This document shows positions 41,022 through 52,665 of a stretch of DNA of 64,000 nt, piece after piece (within the stretch, counting starts at the first letter, position 1; each line of letters begins with the position of its first letter). A model generated the notes under the pieces. The model did no database searches. It saw nothing but the letters and a program-made list of their open reading frames with translations, and was not told the origin of the DNA. This DNA comes from Candidatus Eiseniibacteriota bacterium (GTDB lineage Bacteria; Eisenbacteria; RBG-16-71-46; JABDJR01), in NCBI GenBank assembly GCA_963762255.1, contig CAVXKA010000003.1, positions 736,001 to 800,000 on the forward strand. The letters are read 5' to 3'. Both the position numbers and the translations under genes were made by a program.

Positions 41022-42809
41022 CTAGTCTAGCCAGCGCGCGGGGACGAGCGGCTCTTGGAGCAAGAACGCCCGCGCCAGGGGCAGCGGGGGCGCGCCCAAC
41101 GCGAGAAGTCGGGCATGGAACCGCGCGAGATCGAAGTTCGCCCCCTCCGCGCGCATGACCTCCGTCCGCATCGACTCGATCTCGCTTCGGCCCAGCGCAT
41201 AGACCAGGTAGAGCGGGTCGAACGCGCCGCGCCCCGCCTCGCGCCGCGCCATGGACGGCTCGAGATAGCAGTGCGTCTCGAGATAGCGCGCCGCCTGCTC
41301 AACTGTCCAGCCCTCGGTGTGCAACCCCAACGCCGCACGGTAGCGACCGAGCCTGCGCAGCGCCGACTGCTGGGTGGCCAGACGGAACGCGTCGTCGTCA
41401 CGGTGAAAGCCGCGCTCCAGAGAGAGGCCTTCGACGTAGTGCGCCCAACCCTCTCCAAAGCCGCGGCTCCAGATCGCGCGGCGCGCGGGCCGGGTGAGCG
41501 CGGCCTGGGTCAACGCGTGGAGATAATGACCGGGATAGGTTTCGTGCAGAGCGATGTTGCGCAGGACGGAGCGGTTGAAGAAGCGGATGAGTTCGAGTTG
41601 CTCGCCGGGGGGCGATGCCGGATCGGGTAGGGTCACGTAGAAGACCGCGGGAAGACCCGCAGGTTCGAAGGGGCCCGGGGCGGCGAGGCTGGCGTTGGTC
41701 CAGCGCGACGACGTGGGGGTGGCGCGCACCTGAATGGGTGGCCCCGGGGGGAGCGAGACGCTCTCGTCCCGTAGCGTGAAGGCGAGGACTTCGCGGATGG
41801 CTTCGGCCGCCGCTACCAGGACGCCGCCGGGCTCGGGATGATCGGCACTCACCGACAGCATCACGTCGCGGGGCGAGCGGCTCGAGTCGATCCGCGCCGC
41901 GGCGGCGGTGAATCGCGCATCGTAACGCCTGAGCTCCTCTTCCGCGCGCGCGCGCAGGCGCGGGAGCGGGGTCTCGATCCCCTCCGCCGCGCGCAGGTAT
42001 CCGGCGAAGAGAGCGGGTCCGAGCGCGAATTCGACCCGTGAGCGGGGAAGCACGTCTTCGGAGAGTGCTTCGCGGTAGGCCAGGACCCCGTGGAGCGCGG
42101 CCGCTGTCGCCTCGGTGAGGTCCGCCACCAGCGCGCTGTCCTCGATGGATGCGGTGGCGGCGGGAATGCCGTCGATGAGGGTCGTGACAAGCCCGTCGGC
42201 CTGGGCCAGGGCCTGTTCGGTCAATACGCGCGGCGGATCGCCGATCATGGGGAGGGCGGCCTCCAGATAACCAGGCGTCTCGCGCAATCGCCCCACCAGA
42301 GAGCGCGTGCGTTCCACAAGCGGAACGTATTCCCGGCCGAGAAGAGTCTGGATGCCCCCGCCCACCGTTCGCAGAGCGCGCCCGGGATCGCGCGACCACA
42401 CCCGCAAGCTGTCCTGCTCGAAACGCCGCAGCCGGATGTCGTAGAGCATGATCGCGACGTCGAAGCGATCGTCGCGATGGGTGAGGGTGTCGGAGACCGC
42501 GAGTAGCCGCTCCTCGAAATCGCGCCAGGCGAGGCGCACGCGCTCGCGGCCGGCGAATCCCGAGGGCCCCAGAGAGGCATCGCCCTCGTGCAACCCGAGC
42601 TGCGAGGCGCGGACGGGATCGAGCCGCGTGAGAAGGCCGATGAACTCGTCCTCCAACGCGCGGAGCCGGGGAGCAGGCGCGACGCCGGCCTCGGGGGCGT
42701 CGGACCGGCGCGACGATGAGGCCTCGGCGGGGACGATTTCCTGGATCGCGAGCGTCAGCAAAGCGAATAGCAGGCAGAACAGAACGTGACGATCGATCGG
42801 ATGCCGCAC
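41022..42809 (-). CDS. DUF885 family protein (putative metallopeptidase)
   Basis: HETYPGHYLH, EGWAHYVE, Y.LG, F.L..FH..LL..G. Confidence 0.85.
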   Translation of the reverse strand: MRHPIDRHVLFCLLFALLTLAIQEIVPAEASSSRRSDAPEAGVAPAPRLRALEDEFIGLLTRLDPVRASQLGLHEGDASLGPSGFAGRERVRLAWRDFEERLLAVSDTLTHRDDRFDVAIMLYDIRLRRFEQDSLRVWSRDPGRALRTVGGGIQTLLGREYVPLVERTRSLVGRLRETPGYLEAALPMIGDPPRVLTEQALAQADGLVTTLIDGIPAATASIEDSALVADLTEATAAALHGVLAYREALSEDVLPRSRVEFALGPALFAGYLRAAEGIETPLPRLRARAEEELRRYDARFTAAAARIDSSRSPRDVMLSVSADHPEPGGVLVAAAEAIREVLAFTLRDESVSLPPGPPIQVRATPTSSRWTNASLAAPGPFEPAGLPAVFYVTLPDPASPPGEQLELIRFFNRSVLRNIALHETYPGHYLHALTQAALTRPARRAIWSRGFGEGWAHYVEGLSLERGFHRDDDAFRLATQQSALRRLGRYRAALGLHTEGWTVEQAARYLETHCYLEPSMARREAGRGAFDPLYLVYALGRSEIESMRTEVMRAEGANFDLARFHARLLALGAPPLPLARAFLLQEPLVPARWLD

Positions 42810-42956
42810 CGGCGAGCCTCTGACTTTCTTTCTTCGTTGATTGTCGCGGGGGATTCTCGCACGAAGCGCAGCGCTCGCCTACGATCAACTGGCTCTTCCG
42901 CCTCCGATCCTGCTAGTCTTGGTGGTTCGGACTTTGAAGTCGCAGGAGGTAGGACC

Positions 42957-43562
42957 GTGGACATCTGGACGCAGGGTTCAAAGGCGGGTCGGCGCGCACC
43001 GCGGCGCGGGAGGGTGGCGCTGGCCGGCGCGCTGGCGGCCGGGATGCTGGCCGGCATCCTACCCGGAGTCGGGGCTCCGGTTCTCGTCGCGCAGCCTACG
43101 GGGGCGGTCGCGAGCGCGGCTCCGCAGGAAGCGCTTCCTCTCCTCACGTGGGATCTCTTGCGGCAGACCGTCTACAACCCCATGGGGAGCATGACCTGGC
43201 CGGACAGCCTGCGCATGCTGGACGGCAAGCAGGTGCGCCTCGAGGGGTACGTGCTCCCCAACTTCGGAGCCCAGGATCCGGCCGACGTCCTTCTCTCCGC
43301 GAACCACCCGAGCAGCCTCTACGGCGGACCGACCGACATGACCGCGATCATCGAGGTCTACATGCCGGGGTTCGATCCAGAGGTGTGGCCGATGCTTCCG
43401 ATCGAAATGGTCGGCACCTTCCATCTTTCGAAGAACCCGCGCAACCTCCGCGCCATCTATCGGCTGACCGGCTCGTCGTGGCACCCGCTCAGGCGATGGC
43501 TTCAGGACTTCCCGGGAGCGGTGGAAGAGCAGCAGGATTCCCAGGACGACGGCGGACCGTAG
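42957..43562 (+). CDS. DUF3299-like exported OB-fold protein
   Basis: AGGAGG RBS before GTG; W..L, LDGKQV...GY..P, G.F.L, YRL. Confidence 0.55.
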   Translation: MDIWTQGSKAGRRAPRRGRVALAGALAAGMLAGILPGVGAPVLVAQPTGAVASAAPQEALPLLTWDLLRQTVYNPMGSMTWPDSLRMLDGKQVRLEGYVLPNFGAQDPADVLLSANHPSSLYGGPTDMTAIIEVYMPGFDPEVWPMLPIEMVGTFHLSKNPRNLRAIYRLTGSSWHPLRRWLQDFPGAVEEQQDSQDDGGP

Positions 43563-43568
43563 CCGGGC

Positions 43569-44584
43569 TCAGCGAGTCTCGACGGATCGCCGCAACGCCT
43601 CGGGGTTCAGCACCCGGATCTGCACGCGCCGGTTGAGCGCGAGCGCCGTCGGGGTCGTTCCCCCGGTCAGAGGGCGCTCCTCGCCGTAGCCCACGGCTTC
43701 CACGCGCTCGGGCCCCAGCCCGCCTTCCCCTGCGAGAAAGTCACGGACCGCCTCCGCGCGACGACGGCTCAGATCGAGGTTCGCCTCGGCGCTTCCACGC
43801 GGGTCGGTATAGCCCTCAACGCGCACGCGCGCCTCGGGAAACTCCCGCAGGACGCCGGCAACGACGCGCAAGATATCCAAGGAGATCGGCAGAAGTTCGC
43901 TCTCGCCGGTCTCGAAAAGCAGAAGCTGCGTCGTGAAGAGACCGTCGCTTGCGAAGGCCTCCCGAATGGTGCGCGGCTCGGGGGGGAGTTCCGCGCGAGG
44001 GGCCTCGGGCGGGATCTGCACGCGCGCCGTCGGAGGGGCGGGGGTTGGCGGGATCGTCGCGCTTTCGGGGCGGCAACGACAGGCGGGATCGTCGCGCTTT
44101 CGGGGACGGCAACGACAGGCGGGATCGTCGCGCTCTCGGGCGCGGCGAACCGAGGCCCCGCCGGCACCCCAAGCGTGTCCGGCACGCTCGGGGGGGGCGG
44201 CGGGGGCGCAAGCACCTCGACGGTGTGCACGGGCGGGCCCCAGGGGTGCGCGTGCTGGACCCTGGTCTCCATGAGGATCGGAAGGGCGGCGAGTTCCTCG
44301 GCGAGGATCCGCCGCACCTGCGCGGCGAGGGAGTCGGCCCAGACCTCAGGCGCCGGCGCGAATACTCCGGGTGGCGTGACCGCGGCGGGGCGGCCGCGTA
44401 CGATGCGGACGCCCCCCGGAGCGCCATAGCGCAAGTACATCGTCGTGCCGTCGGGAAGCGGGGTGGCGATCCACTCCTCGCTCCCCGACAACACCAGCAC
44501 CGCTGCGGCGGCGGTAGCGATAACGAACGTCGCTCGCACCGCGCCGTTGCGGCGCTTGCCGGTGATCCAATCCCAGGCATTCAT
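43569..44584 (-). CDS. OmpA-C domain protein with Pro-rich linker (frameshift at ~44070 inside a tandem repeat)
   Basis: ORFs 43769..44584 and 43569..44021 join into one protein. VEGYTD.RG, N..LS.RRA, GYGE..P, NRRV. Confidence 0.8.
44047..44146. repeat. About 2.7 copies of a 36-bp coding tandem repeat (PESATIPPVVAx)
   Basis: GGCGGGATCGTCGCGCT(T/C)TCGGG recurs three times. The first unit is 35 bp, which causes the frameshift. Confidence 0.85.
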
Positions 44585-44594
44585 GGTCGCGCTC

Positions 44595-46760
44595 CTATTG
44601 GCCGAAACGGACTCCGACCAGAAGCCGGTTCACGTCGAATCCTCGCACCCCCTGGTACTCGAGGAACGGCGCCCAATTGCCGAAACGCGCGTCCACACCA
44701 GCTGCGAAGTTGACGGTGAGATCGGTGTCGCTCTCCCCCCCACTGTCGACCTTCAAGAATCCGAGACCGGTCGAAACATACGGGCTCCATTGCTGCGATC
44801 CGCCCAGATTGCCGAGCGGGAGTTGAAGGTTGCCCGCGACAAGGTACGTGGTGACGTCGGAACCGAATCCCAGCGCGACTTCGGGGACGAACAGGAAGGG
44901 CGAGTCGGCGGTGATCGGGCCGAGGATCACTCGGGCGCCGAGCAGAAACTCCGTCGGGTCGTCCAGACCGAGACCTGTGTAGGCGCGGAAGCCCACATGC
45001 CTGTCGTCACCGTCGTCTTCAGCGTAGTCCACTTCGTATACGTCGGAGGTATCCGACGTCGGCTCCTTGAAGACGACGCGCGGCGAAGAAGAGGATCCCT
45101 CTTTCCCCTCTTCGACCCATCGGCCCTCCGGCGCCACCTCGCCGGACTCGCGCACCACGCCGGCGCGGTGCAGCTCGTCGCGGATGATCCGCCGAATCAT
45201 CTCGAGATCAGGCGCGGGCGCGGGAGGAGCCGGGATGGTCATCGACGACGGCGCCGATCCGGCCTGCGGGGCGGCGGGTGCCGCGGACTCTCCCGTCACG
45301 CTCTTCGATTCGATGTCCACTCCACCCGGGGTCCCGTAGCGGATGTAGATCTCGCCTTCCGTGGGCACCGGGAACATGATCATGCGCTCGCCGGCGTAGC
45401 CCACGGCCGATCCCTGCGCCGGAGCGCGCAGGATCACCGTCTCGACCTGTCGCTCCTCGAGCGCCTCCGGCCCCATCTCTTCCGCTTCCATCTCCCGGAG
45501 AGGCGGGAGCGGCTTGGACAGAGGCTCGGCCTTTCCGAACAGCGGCTTCTGCCCCTGAGGCGAGCTGCCCCCCAGGCTGAACCGCACCGAGGCGCCGAAC
45601 ATCCAGTTGCCGAGGAGGTCATCCGGCTTGGAGGTGTCTTCGAGATCCTTCGCGCTCAGGATGTGATCGCGGGCGGAGACGTCCAGCTCGAACCGGTCGC
45701 TGAGCCGGAAACCCAGACCGCCACCCAGGATCAGCATGGTCTTGTCGTCCGGCGCCGCGCCTTGCTCGTCGCGGAAGTCCTTCGTGAAGTCGAGCTGCCC
45801 CACTCCGGTCACGAGATACGGCACCGCCCCCTGCCCGGAATTGAGGTTGAAACGGGCCTCGCCGCCCCAGCTCTGGATGGGCACGGTCTTGTCGAAGTCG
45901 TCGTTCACGCCCCGCCAGTAGTAGCCTCGCAGACCGAAGAACCGCCCAAAGTCGAAGCCGGTGCGCAGCCCGATCAGGTACTGGTTGTCGAGCCCGAGGT
46001 CCTCGTGGAAGTCGAGGCGACCTGCGAAGGGCTCGAAGGGAATGGAGAGGCCGGAGAGCCCGTGCCGGTACCGATCGAGCAGCGCGCGGTCCGTCTCGCT
46101 CAGGCGCGACTCGCGGGATCCACCCAGAAAGAAGGTGAGCCCGGCACCCATCGAGAGATTGTGGCGAATGCGATCCGCGTCGGGATCGGCCGGGTAACTC
46201 CCGACCGCCGGCGGTACCGCGAGTTGGAAGCGGTCGATGCGAAACGCCGAGTCCTCGGCGAAAACCTCCGCCTGGAAGTGGCGGAAGCCGAAGCGCATCC
46301 CGCCGCCCGCCTTCATATTGATCTGGCGAATCGCGTCCCCCTGAGCGGGGTTGAAGGACAGGATCCCTCCCCCACCGCGAAGAAAGGGCACGGCGTGGCC
46401 GGCGCCGAGGTTCAAGGTGACGTCGACGCCGTAGTTCGAGATGTCCAGCTTGCGCGTCGACCCGGCCTCCGGGAAGGCGAGCTGCGTGAGCGGCTGGGTC
46501 TTCACGTCGTCGCGCATCAGGTAGAACCCCTGCAGCGACACCATGCGGCCGAAGCTGATCCCGAGCCGACCGCCGTAGAGTTCTGTGTCCTCGAGATTGA
46601 CCTCGTCGTTCCACCGCATCAAGTTGTACGTGGGTGTGAAGGTGTAGCTCACGCCTTCCGGCTGAGCCTGCGCCGAATCAACCGCGCACAGGCCTGCCGC
46701 GCTAGCGAGGACAAGGGATAGAACAAAAACGAGGGTCAAACGATTCGGGCGGCTCTTCAT
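44595..46760 (-). CDS. Multi-domain outer-membrane beta-barrel protein (two small barrels, linker, C-terminal barrel)
   Basis: Signal peptide; three amphipathic strand blocks with PF/PY...G.G motifs; ends VGVRFGQ. Confidence 0.75.
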   Translation of the reverse strand: MKSRPNRLTLVFVLSLVLASAAGLCAVDSAQAQPEGVSYTFTPTYNLMRWNDEVNLEDTELYGGRLGISFGRMVSLQGFYLMRDDVKTQPLTQLAFPEAGSTRKLDISNYGVDVTLNLGAGHAVPFLRGGGGILSFNPAQGDAIRQINMKAGGGMRFGFRHFQAEVFAEDSAFRIDRFQLAVPPAVGSYPADPDADRIRHNLSMGAGLTFFLGGSRESRLSETDRALLDRYRHGLSGLSIPFEPFAGRLDFHEDLGLDNQYLIGLRTGFDFGRFFGLRGYYWRGVNDDFDKTVPIQSWGGEARFNLNSGQGAVPYLVTGVGQLDFTKDFRDEQGAAPDDKTMLILGGGLGFRLSDRFELDVSARDHILSAKDLEDTSKPDDLLGNWMFGASVRFSLGGSSPQGQKPLFGKAEPLSKPLPPLREMEAEEMGPEALEERQVETVILRAPAQGSAVGYAGERMIMFPVPTEGEIYIRYGTPGGVDIESKSVTGESAAPAAPQAGSAPSSMTIPAPPAPAPDLEMIRRIIRDELHRAGVVRESGEVAPEGRWVEEGKEGSSSSPRVVFKEPTSDTSDVYEVDYAEDDGDDRHVGFRAYTGLGLDDPTEFLLGARVILGPITADSPFLFVPEVALGFGSDVTTYLVAGNLQLPLGNLGGSQQWSPYVSTGLGFLKVDSGGESDTDLTVNFAAGVDARFGNWAPFLEYQGVRGFDVNRLLVGVRFGQ

Positions 46761-46922
46761 GAGGCCTCCCTCCTTAGAATTAGAATGAGTAGCCAATGAT
46801 TCAACTCTTTTCACCATATGACACGAGAGCGGATACGTCAACCGAAGGCGGAGACCGATCGCGAGCCTCCTGAGCTAGAATGCATACGAAGTCGCTCGCC
46901 TTTCCGACCGTGAGGAGGTCCT

Positions 46923-49205
46923 TTGGTCACCGGCCGCCGTCTCCACATCACCGGCGTGGTGCAAGGAGTAGGATTCCGCCCGCACGTCTTCGCGCTGGCT
47001 GCGCGATGGAACCTTGCTGGATGGGTCCGCAACAGCTCCTCCGGCGTTGACATCGTTGTCGAAGGCGTGCCCGACGCCGTCGAGGCGTTCGTGGATAACC
47101 TGCGCGCGGGCGGTCCTCCCCTGGCCCGCATCGACTCGGTCGCGGTGGAGGAGTGCCCCGCCGAGGGTCTGTCGGGCTTCACGATTCTGGCGTCCCTCGA
47201 GGAGGCCGGGGCCTATCTCCCCGTCTCCCCCGACATGGCCACGTGCCCGGATTGCCTGCGTGAGATGCGCGACCCCGCCGATCGCCGCCACCGCTATCCG
47301 TTCATCAACTGCACGAACTGCGGGCCGCGTTTCACCATCGTGCGCGACATTCCCTACGACCGTCCCAAGACCACGATGTCCGGCTTCCCGATGTGCCCGG
47401 AATGCGCGGCGGAGTATGCGAACCCGCTCGATCGGCGGTTTCACGCACAGCCGATCGCGTGCCCCGCCTGCGGGCCCAGGATTCGGCTCGAGCGCGACGG
47501 CGCGGCGACGGTGTGGGACGAGGCGGCCCTCGCGGAAACACGGGCCCGTCTCGCAGCGGGAGAGATCGTGGCGGTGAAGGGGCTCGGGGGGTTCCACCTG
47601 GCATGCGACGCGTCTTCCGTGAGCGCCGTGCGCACCCTTCGGCAGCGCAAACATCGCGAGGGGAAACCGTTCGCATTGATGGCCAACGATGTGGAGACCA
47701 TCGCGCGCCACGCCGTCGTCACGCCGGCCGCCCGCGAACTCCTGGAGTCGCCGGAGCGACCGGTATTGCTCCTGCCGCGCACGGTGGCGAGTTCACTTGC
47801 CGAGGACGTCGCCCCGGCGCGCAATCGCCTCGGCTTCATGCTCCCCTACACGCCGCTGCATCACCTGCTGCTGGAGCCGGCCGCCGGCTACCCCGAGGTG
47901 CTGGTCATGACGAGCGGCAACCTGAGCGACGAGCCGATCGCCTACGAGGAGGAAGACGCGCGCCACCGACTGGGAAGCATCGCCGACGCCTACCTCCTCC
48001 ACGACCGCCCGATCCATGTGCGCTGCGACGACGGCGTGGCGGCGGAGTTTCGCGGGAAGGTCACCTTCGGCCGGCGTTCGCGAGGGGTCGCGCCGCTCCC
48101 GGTGCGGCTGCCGTTTCCAACCGCTCCGCTCCTGGCAGTGGGCGGCGAGCTCAAGAACGTGTTCTGCCTCTGCCGCGACGACCGCGCGTTTCTCAGCCAT
48201 CACATCGGCGATCTCGAGTATCTGGAGACGCTGCGTTCGTTCACATCGGGGATCGAGCACTTCGAGCGGCTCTTCCGCATCCACCCGCAAGCGATCGCCC
48301 ACGATCTCCACCCGGACTATCAGTCGACGCGGTACGCGCGTGAGCGGGCGGAGCGCGAGGGAATCCCGGTGATCCCCGTGCAACATCACCATGCCCACGC
48401 CGCATCGTGCATGGCCGATCACGGCCTGCCCGAGGACGCGCGGGTGATCGGCGTCTGCTTCGACGGCACCGGCTACGGAACCGACGGCGCGATCTGGGGC
48501 GGGGAATTTCTCGTCGCGGACTACCGGGATTTCGAGCGCGCGTTGCATCTCTCCTACGTTCCCCTGCCCGGCGGGGACGCCGCGATTCGCAAACCGTACC
48601 GCGCGGCGCTGAGCTGGCTGCGTCAGGCGGGAGTGCCGTGGGCGGAGGATCTGGCGCCGGTTCGGGCGACTGAGACGGGCGAGTTGGCGGTGCTCGACGC
48701 CCAGCTCGCGCAGGGATTGAACGCGCCGCCGACCTCGAGCATGGGTCGCCTCTTCGATGCCGTAGCTGCGATCGCGGGGTTCTCGCCGAGGATCACCTAC
48801 GAGGGGCAGGCGGCGTGCGAGCTGGAGGCAGCGGCGTCGCCCACCGAGCGCGGCGCCTACGCGTTCGACCTGGGCGACACAGCGATCGACGCCGCGCCCG
48901 TCGTGCGCGCGGTGGTGGCGGACATGCGCCGCGGCGTGCCGGTCGATCTCGTCGCCGCACGCTTCCACAACGGTGTTGCCGCGATGGTCGTGGACGCGTG
49001 CGCGCGGCTGCGCGAAACGACCGGGCTGAATCAGATCGCGCTCAGCGGCGGCGTCTGGCAGAATCTTCTCCTCCTGGAACGCACCGTGCAGGGGCTCGAG
49101 AGCGCGGGGTTCCAGGCGCTCATTCACCACCAGGTTCCCGCCAACGACGGCGGCCTGGCCCTCGGACAGGCCGCGGTGGCCGCGGCGCGGCTCAGGAGGA
49201 CGTAG
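46923..49205 (+). CDS. hypF: [NiFe]-hydrogenase carbamoyltransferase HypF
   Basis: [10 protein letters not shown], two CxxC..CxxC zinc fingers, [27 protein letters not shown]. Confidence 0.97.
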   Translation: MVTGRRLHITGVVQGVGFRPHVFALAARWNLAGWVRNSSSGVDIVVEGVPDAVEAFVDNLRAGGPPLARIDSVAVEECPAEGLSGFTILASLEEAGAYLPVSPDMATCPDCLREMRDPADRRHRYPFINCTNCGPRFTIVRDIPYDRPKTTMSGFPMCPECAAEYANPLDRRFHAQPIACPACGPRIRLERDGAATVWDEAALAETRARLAAGEIVAVKGLGGFHLACDASSVSAVRTLRQRKHREGKPFALMANDVETIARHAVVTPAARELLESPERPVLLLPRTVASSLAEDVAPARNRLGFMLPYTPLHHLLLEPAAGYPEVLVMTSGNLSDEPIAYEEEDARHRLGSIADAYLLHDRPIHVRCDDGVAAEFRGKVTFGRRSRGVAPLPVRLPFPTAPLLAVGGELKNVFCLCRDDRAFLSHHIGDLEYLETLRSFTSGIEHFERLFRIHPQAIAHDLHPDYQSTRYARERAEREGIPVIPVQHHHAHAASCMADHGLPEDARVIGVCFDGTGYGTDGAIWGGEFLVADYRDFERALHLSYVPLPGGDAAIRKPYRAALSWLRQAGVPWAEDLAPVRATETGELAVLDAQLAQGLNAPPTSSMGRLFDAVAAIAGFSPRITYEGQAACELEAAASPTERGAYAFDLGDTAIDAAPVVRAVVADMRRGVPVDLVAARFHNGVAAMVVDACARLRETTGLNQIALSGGVWQNLLLLERTVQGLESAGFQALIHHQVPANDGGLALGQAAVAAARLRRT

Positions 49206-49210
49206 CCCGC

Positions 49211-49464
49211 ATGTGTCTCGCGATCCCCGGCAAGATCACCGCGATCGCCGACGGCGGCGGCGTTCTTCGCATGGGCACGGTGGATTTCGGTGGAGTGACC
49301 CGCGAGGTCTGCCTCGCCTACGTGCCCGAGGCCGCGATCGGCGAGTACGTGATCGTGCACGTGGGCTTCGCCATCTCCCGCCTCGACGAGACCGAGGCAG
49401 AGGAGACACTCAAACTCCTGCGCGAGATGGGCGACTTGGCGAGCGAACTCGGGGAGCCGGGACG

Positions 49465-49468
<4 letters not shown>
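49211..49468 (+). CDS. hypC: Hydrogenase maturation chaperone HypC
   Basis: [24 protein letters not shown]. Confidence 0.95.
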
Positions 49469-50570
<1,102 letters not shown>

Positions 50571-50574
<4 letters not shown>

Positions 50575-51647
50575 GCGAGCCGACCCGCGATCTCGAATCG
50601 GCCGCCTGCCCGGTGCCGCTCCTCCATCAGGAGAGAATCGTATTGGGGCACGGCAGCGGCGGGCGACTCACCGCCGATCTCATCGAGCGGCTCTTCTACC
50701 CCTTGCTCGCCAACCCGACGCTGCTGGCCGCCGACGATTCCGCAGTGATCCCGCTGGCTGAACTGCGCGGATCGGGCGATGAGCTCGCGTTCACCACCGA
50801 CGCGCACGTGGTGCACCCGCTCTTCTTCCCGGGCGGGGACATCGGGCGGCTCTCGGTGTGCGGCACCGTCAACGACCTAGCCATGGTGGGCGCGGTGCCG
50901 GTGTGGCTCGCGGCGACGTTCATCCTTGAAGAGGGGTTCCTCACCGCAGACCTCGAGCGGATCGTGCGTTCCATGCGCGAGGCGGCGGACGAGGCGGGGG
51001 TGTCGATCGTGGCCGGCGACACCAAGGTCGCGGAGCGCGGCAAGGTGGACGGCCTCTACATCACGACTACCGGCGTCGGGCACATACCGAGCGGTCGCCG
51101 CGCGCGGGCTGCCAACGTGCAGGTCGGCGACGCGGTGCTGGTCTCCGGCCCGCTCGGGGATCACGGCATCGCGGTGCTGGCCGCGCGGGGCGGGCTCGCG
51201 TTCGAGACCGCCATCCGTTCCGATACCGCGCCGCTTAACGGTCTGGTGGAGGCACTATTCGCGAGCGGCGCCGAGGCGCACGCGCTCCGCGATCTCACCC
51301 GCGGCGGCCTTGCTGCGGCGTTGAACGAGTTGGCCGGCAAGAGCGGCGTGGCGATCGTGCTGGACGAGGAACGGATCCCGGTACGCCCCGAGGTGCATGC
51401 CGCATGCGAAATGCTCGGCTTCGATCCACTCCACGTCGCCAACGAGGGGAAGCTCGTCGCCTTCGTCCCCGCCGCGCAGGCCGATCGCACGCTGGCTGCG
51501 ATGCGGGCGGCACCCTACGGACAAGGCGCCTGCATGGTGGGCCGCGTGGAGGCGGACCCAAGAGGCCGCGTGCTCATGCGAACGACGATTGGGGGCACGC
51601 GGATCGTGGACACGCCCTCGGGAGAGCTGCTTCCAAGAATCTGCTGA
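50571..51647 (+). CDS. hypE: Carbamoyl dehydratase HypE
   Basis: [33 protein letters not shown]-terminal PRIC. Confidence 0.97.
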
Positions 51648-51675
51648 CCGAGTCCGCCGGAGGCGGTCAGACGGG

Positions 51676-52665
51676 TCAGAACACGTAGGTCAAGTTGACG
51701 GCCCCGCCCAACGTCGAAGATGTCGCTTCCCCGTCATGGTCGGTGAAGACGTCGTGGTCGGACATGTCCATTCGAAGCTCGCCAAAGAAACGCATTCCTG
51801 GACCCAGGGTCACGATCGTGGCCAGGGTCGCCGAGCTGCGGCGTTCCTCGAGGCCGCTCCCAAAGAGCAGGTCGTCGCTGTCGTCCACCAGATCGTAGCG
51901 ACCGGTCAGCCCCAACCGCTCGTGCGCCTTCCAGTGCGCCATCACCATGAAGCCGGCCCATGAGGCACCCTGGCCGGAGATGTCTGCCTGGCAGCCGTTG
52001 AACTCCGCGCCAAGAACCAGCCGAGCGGTCGGTGTGACGGTGAGATCCACGTCCAGCACCGACTCGCGCAGTCTCTGCCCCGGGTCGCGCATCCCGGTGA
52101 TCACCGAGACGCCGCTCGCGACCTTTTCATTACCGGCCCAACCCAATCGTCCTCCGAAGGTCGGCGAGGCGTTGTTCTCGCTGTTCAGCTCCCAGTCGTT
52201 CGCGGCGTACACCTTCGCGTCGAGACCGTGACCCAGGCCCAGGCCCGCCATCGCCCCGGTCAAGTTGGAGGGGGTGCAATACGTGAACAGCAGGCCGTGG
52301 GTAATCTGAAACATATCCGGCTGGTCGAGCGATTCGAAACCGATGGGAGCGTTGAAGCGGCCACCGGTGAGGGTCAGGGACGTTGTGAACGCCGGCTTGT
52401 AGGCGAGCCAGCCTTGCTCAACCGCCGCGACCCAATCCTGCCCGTCCGCGATCCACTCCAGATCCACGCGGATCGAGCCCTGTGGGCTGAGATCGCGGCT
52501 GACGTCCAGTTCCGCTTGATCGAGCTTGAATTCCGCGGCGCGCCGGTCGAAGTTGCCGGAGTAGCTCGCGGTGGCGAACCCGCCGACTTGCAGGGTGTCC
52601 TCGGCGTGCGCCGTCCCCGCCGAGAGCACGACGAAGAGACCGACCATCCAGAGCTGGCGGTTCAT
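51676..52665 (-). CDS. Putative outer-membrane porin (BBP2/OmpL-like)
   Basis: Signal peptide; GGF...SY, G.F..PIGFES, R.D; terminal YVF; translationally coupled to amt. Confidence 0.7.
   Translation of the reverse strand: MNRQLWMVGLFVVLSAGTAHAEDTLQVGGFATASYSGNFDRRAAEFKLDQAELDVSRDLSPQGSIRVDLEWIADGQDWVAAVEQGWLAYKPAFTTSLTLTGGRFNAPIGFESLDQPDMFQITHGLLFTYCTPSNLTGAMAGLGLGHGLDAKVYAANDWELNSENNASPTFGGRLGWAGNEKVASGVSVITGMRDPGQRLRESVLDVDLTVTPTARLVLGAEFNGCQADISGQGASWAGFMVMAHWKAHERLGLTGRYDLVDDSDDLLFGSGLEERRSSATLATIVTLGPGMRFFGELRMDMSDHDVFTDHDGEATSSTLGGAVNLTYVF

Noticed and set aside
44047-44146. 36-bp periodic repeats as a mini CRISPR array
   Set aside because: The units are contiguous with no unique spacers, encode a Pro-rich linker, and have no cas genes nearby.
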